Assembly (NCBI GenBank): GCA_963730935.1
Contig: CAVSTP010000004.1
Location: forward strand, 288,001-352,000
DNA: 64,000 nt
Direction: 5' to 3'
From: an uncultured Nitrospiraceae bacterium
GTDB taxonomy: Bacteria; Nitrospirota; Nitrospiria; Nitrospirales; Nitrospiraceae
The translations under genes were made by a program, and so were the position numbers. Below the pieces are notes generated by a model. The model had not been told where the DNA came from, made no database searches, and saw nothing but the letters and a program-made list of their open reading frames with translations. Shown here piece after piece: positions 62,387 through 64,000 of the stretch (position 1 is the first letter of the stretch; each line of letters begins with the position of its first letter).

Positions 62387-62784
62387 CAGCGGCGCCGATG
62401 CGCATCCTCATCGGCAAAGTGGGGCTCGATGGTCATGACCGGGGAGTGAAACTGATCGCGCGTGCGTTGCGGGACGCCGGCATGGAAGTGATTTACACCG
62501 GACTGCATCAAACGCCGGAACAGGTGGTGAGCACCGCCATTCAGGAGGACGTCGACGCGATCGGTCTGAGCATCCTCTCCGGGGCGCACAATACGCTGTT
62601 CCGTCGCGTGTTGGAGTCGCTCAAGGAGCAGGGTGCCGAGGATATCGTTGTGTTTGGCGGAGGCATCATTCCCGACCAAGACATTCCCGCGCTCAATGCG
62701 GCCGGGGTGAAGGCGCTGTTCAAACCGGGAGCACCCATGCAGGAGATCGTCGCATTCGTGAAGGGAATCGAACCTCGGCATTGA
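62377..62784 (+). CDS. icmB: Cobalamin-binding small subunit of acyl-CoA mutase
   Basis: [24 protein letters not shown]. Confidence 0.88.
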   Translation: MAVTAAPMRILIGKVGLDGHDRGVKLIARALRDAGMEVIYTGLHQTPEQVVSTAIQEDVDAIGLSILSGAHNTLFRRVLESLKEQGAEDIVVFGGGIIPDQDIPALNAAGVKALFKPGAPMQEIVAFVKGIEPRH

Positions 62785-62791
62785 GGGGAAC

Positions 62792-64000
62792 ATGCGAACT
62801 CTCACGACTGCGATCGTCTCCACATCGGACGAATTCAGGTCGAATCGCGCACATTACGAAGGCCTCCTTGCCGACTTCCGGAAGCATCTGGCCCTCGCCA
62901 AAGCCGGGGGGTCTGCTGAAGCGGTCGCACTTCATAAACAACGAGGCAAGCTGACGGCCCGCGAACGGATTGCCGCTTTGCTCGACCTTCACGCTCCTTG
63001 GCTGGAACTCAGCCCCCTCGCCGCATCCGGGATGTATGAGGATCAGCTCCCCGCCGCCGGTCTTGTCACCGGCATCGGGTATGTGTCGGGCCGACCCTGC
63101 GTGATTGCCGCCAACGATGCGACCGTCAAAGGCGGCACCTATTTTCCGATCACCATCAAGAAACATCTTCGCGCTCAGGAGATCGCCCTCGAAAACCGGC
63201 TGCCGGCGATCTACCTGGTGGACTCCGGCGGAGTGTTCCTGCCGATGCAGGCCGAGGTGTTTGCCGACCGGGAGCACTTTGGACGCATCTTCTATAACCA
63301 GGCCAGGATGTCTGCACTTGGCATTCCGCAAATTGCCGTGGTGATGGGCATGTGCACGGCGGGCGGGGCCTATGTGCCAGCCATGTGCGATGAGAACGTG
63401 ATCGTGAAGGGCACCGGCACTATCTATTTGGCGGGACCGCCTCTTGTCAAAGCCGCGACCGGCGAAGACGTCACTGCAGAGGAGCTGGGCGGCGCAGATC
63501 TTCATACCAGATTGTCCGGCGTCAGCGACCACCTCGCGGACGACGACAGAGACGCGCTGGAGATCTGCCGATCGATTATCGAGACGCTGCCGCGGCGGCC
63601 AGTCCTGCGCAGGCGGGGCGAGATTGACGAACCTGCTTATCCAGCCGGCGACCTCTATGGACTCATCCCGAGCAATCCGCGCGTGACCTTTGAGGCTCGA
63701 GAGGTCATCGCCCGTCTGGTGGACGGAAGCCAGTTCCATGAGTTCAAGGCCCGCTATGGACGGACTCTGACATGCGGGTTCGCCCGCTGGACAGGCCACG
63801 ATGTCGGCATTCTCGCCAACAATGGCGTCCTCCTCTCAGAGGCCGCGTTGAAAGGCGCGCATTTCGTGCAGCTCTGTGCTCAGCGGCGGCTGCCCCTGAT
63901 CTTTCTTCAGAACATCACCGGCTTCATGGTGGGTAAGGACTATGAAGCACGGGGAATTATCAAGGACGGCGCCAAAATGGTGCAGGCCGTGGCCACGGCC
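62792..64000 (+). CDS. Methylcrotonyl-CoA carboxylase beta subunit (3'-truncated by window edge; absent from ORF track)
   Basis: Manual translation from ATG 62792: [60 protein letters not shown]. Confidence 0.9.
   Translation, partial: MRTLTTAIVSTSDEFRSNRAHYEGLLADFRKHLALAKAGGSAEAVALHKQRGKLTARERIAALLDLHAPWLELSPLAASGMYEDQLPAAGLVTGIGYVSGRPCVIAANDATVKGGTYFPITIKKHLRAQEIALENRLPAIYLVDSGGVFLPMQAEVFADREHFGRIFYNQARMSALGIPQIAVVMGMCTAGGAYVPAMCDENVIVKGTGTIYLAGPPLVKAATGEDVTAEELGGADLHTRLSGVSDHLADDDRDALEICRSIIETLPRRPVLRRRGEIDEPAYPAGDLYGLIPSNPRVTFEAREVIARLVDGSQFHEFKARYGRTLTCGFARWTGHDVGILANNGVLLSEAALKGAHFVQLCAQRRLPLIFLQNITGFMVGKDYEARGIIKDGAKMVQAVATA

Noticed and set aside
62720..63799. 359-aa minus-strand ORF, and similar long antisense ORFs over czcA, metH and the ABC gene
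   Set aside because: Shadow ORFs of GC-rich genes; the + strand clearly encodes the real proteins

Overview
GC-rich bacterial chromosomal segment. Gene content and small-protein families suggest Nitrospira (inference, not verified). 1-33.4 kb is mostly core genome: a partial CzcA/CusA RND pump, def, an ABC exporter, an eight-gene sulfur-carrier cluster (thiS, cysK, moeB, thrC-like, moaD/cysO, NIL, moeB, JAB protease), clpS, a Ca2+/H+ antiporter, hemW, a heme-oxygenase-like (HDO) enzyme, metH, an HD-GYP regulator, rph and rdgB. 33.4-43.8 kb is an integration hotspot at tRNA-Pro(TGG). The intact tRNA (36393-36469) has a duplicated 5' half 2.95 kb upstream and a duplicated 3' half 7.3 kb downstream, defining two decayed islands that both cross over at the anticodon loop. 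The downstream island holds a ~420-nt non-coding stretch dense in nested helices (candidate ncRNA). 43.8-64 kb is a divergent amino-acid catabolic supercluster. Its left arm is an HDO enzyme, an HTH regulator, tryptophanase, acyl-CoA dehydrogenase, a quinone reductase and a lipoate ligase. Its right arm is a half-length HPPD, hmgA, fahA, a PRTase, 2-oxoacid dehydrogenase E1a/E1b/E2, thiolase, hbd, an isobutyryl-CoA-mutase-type large subunit, an MBL hydrolase, the mutase small subunit and a partial methylcrotonyl-CoA carboxylase beta. No CRISPR array or rRNA was seen. All calls come from motif recognition by eye; no searches were run.
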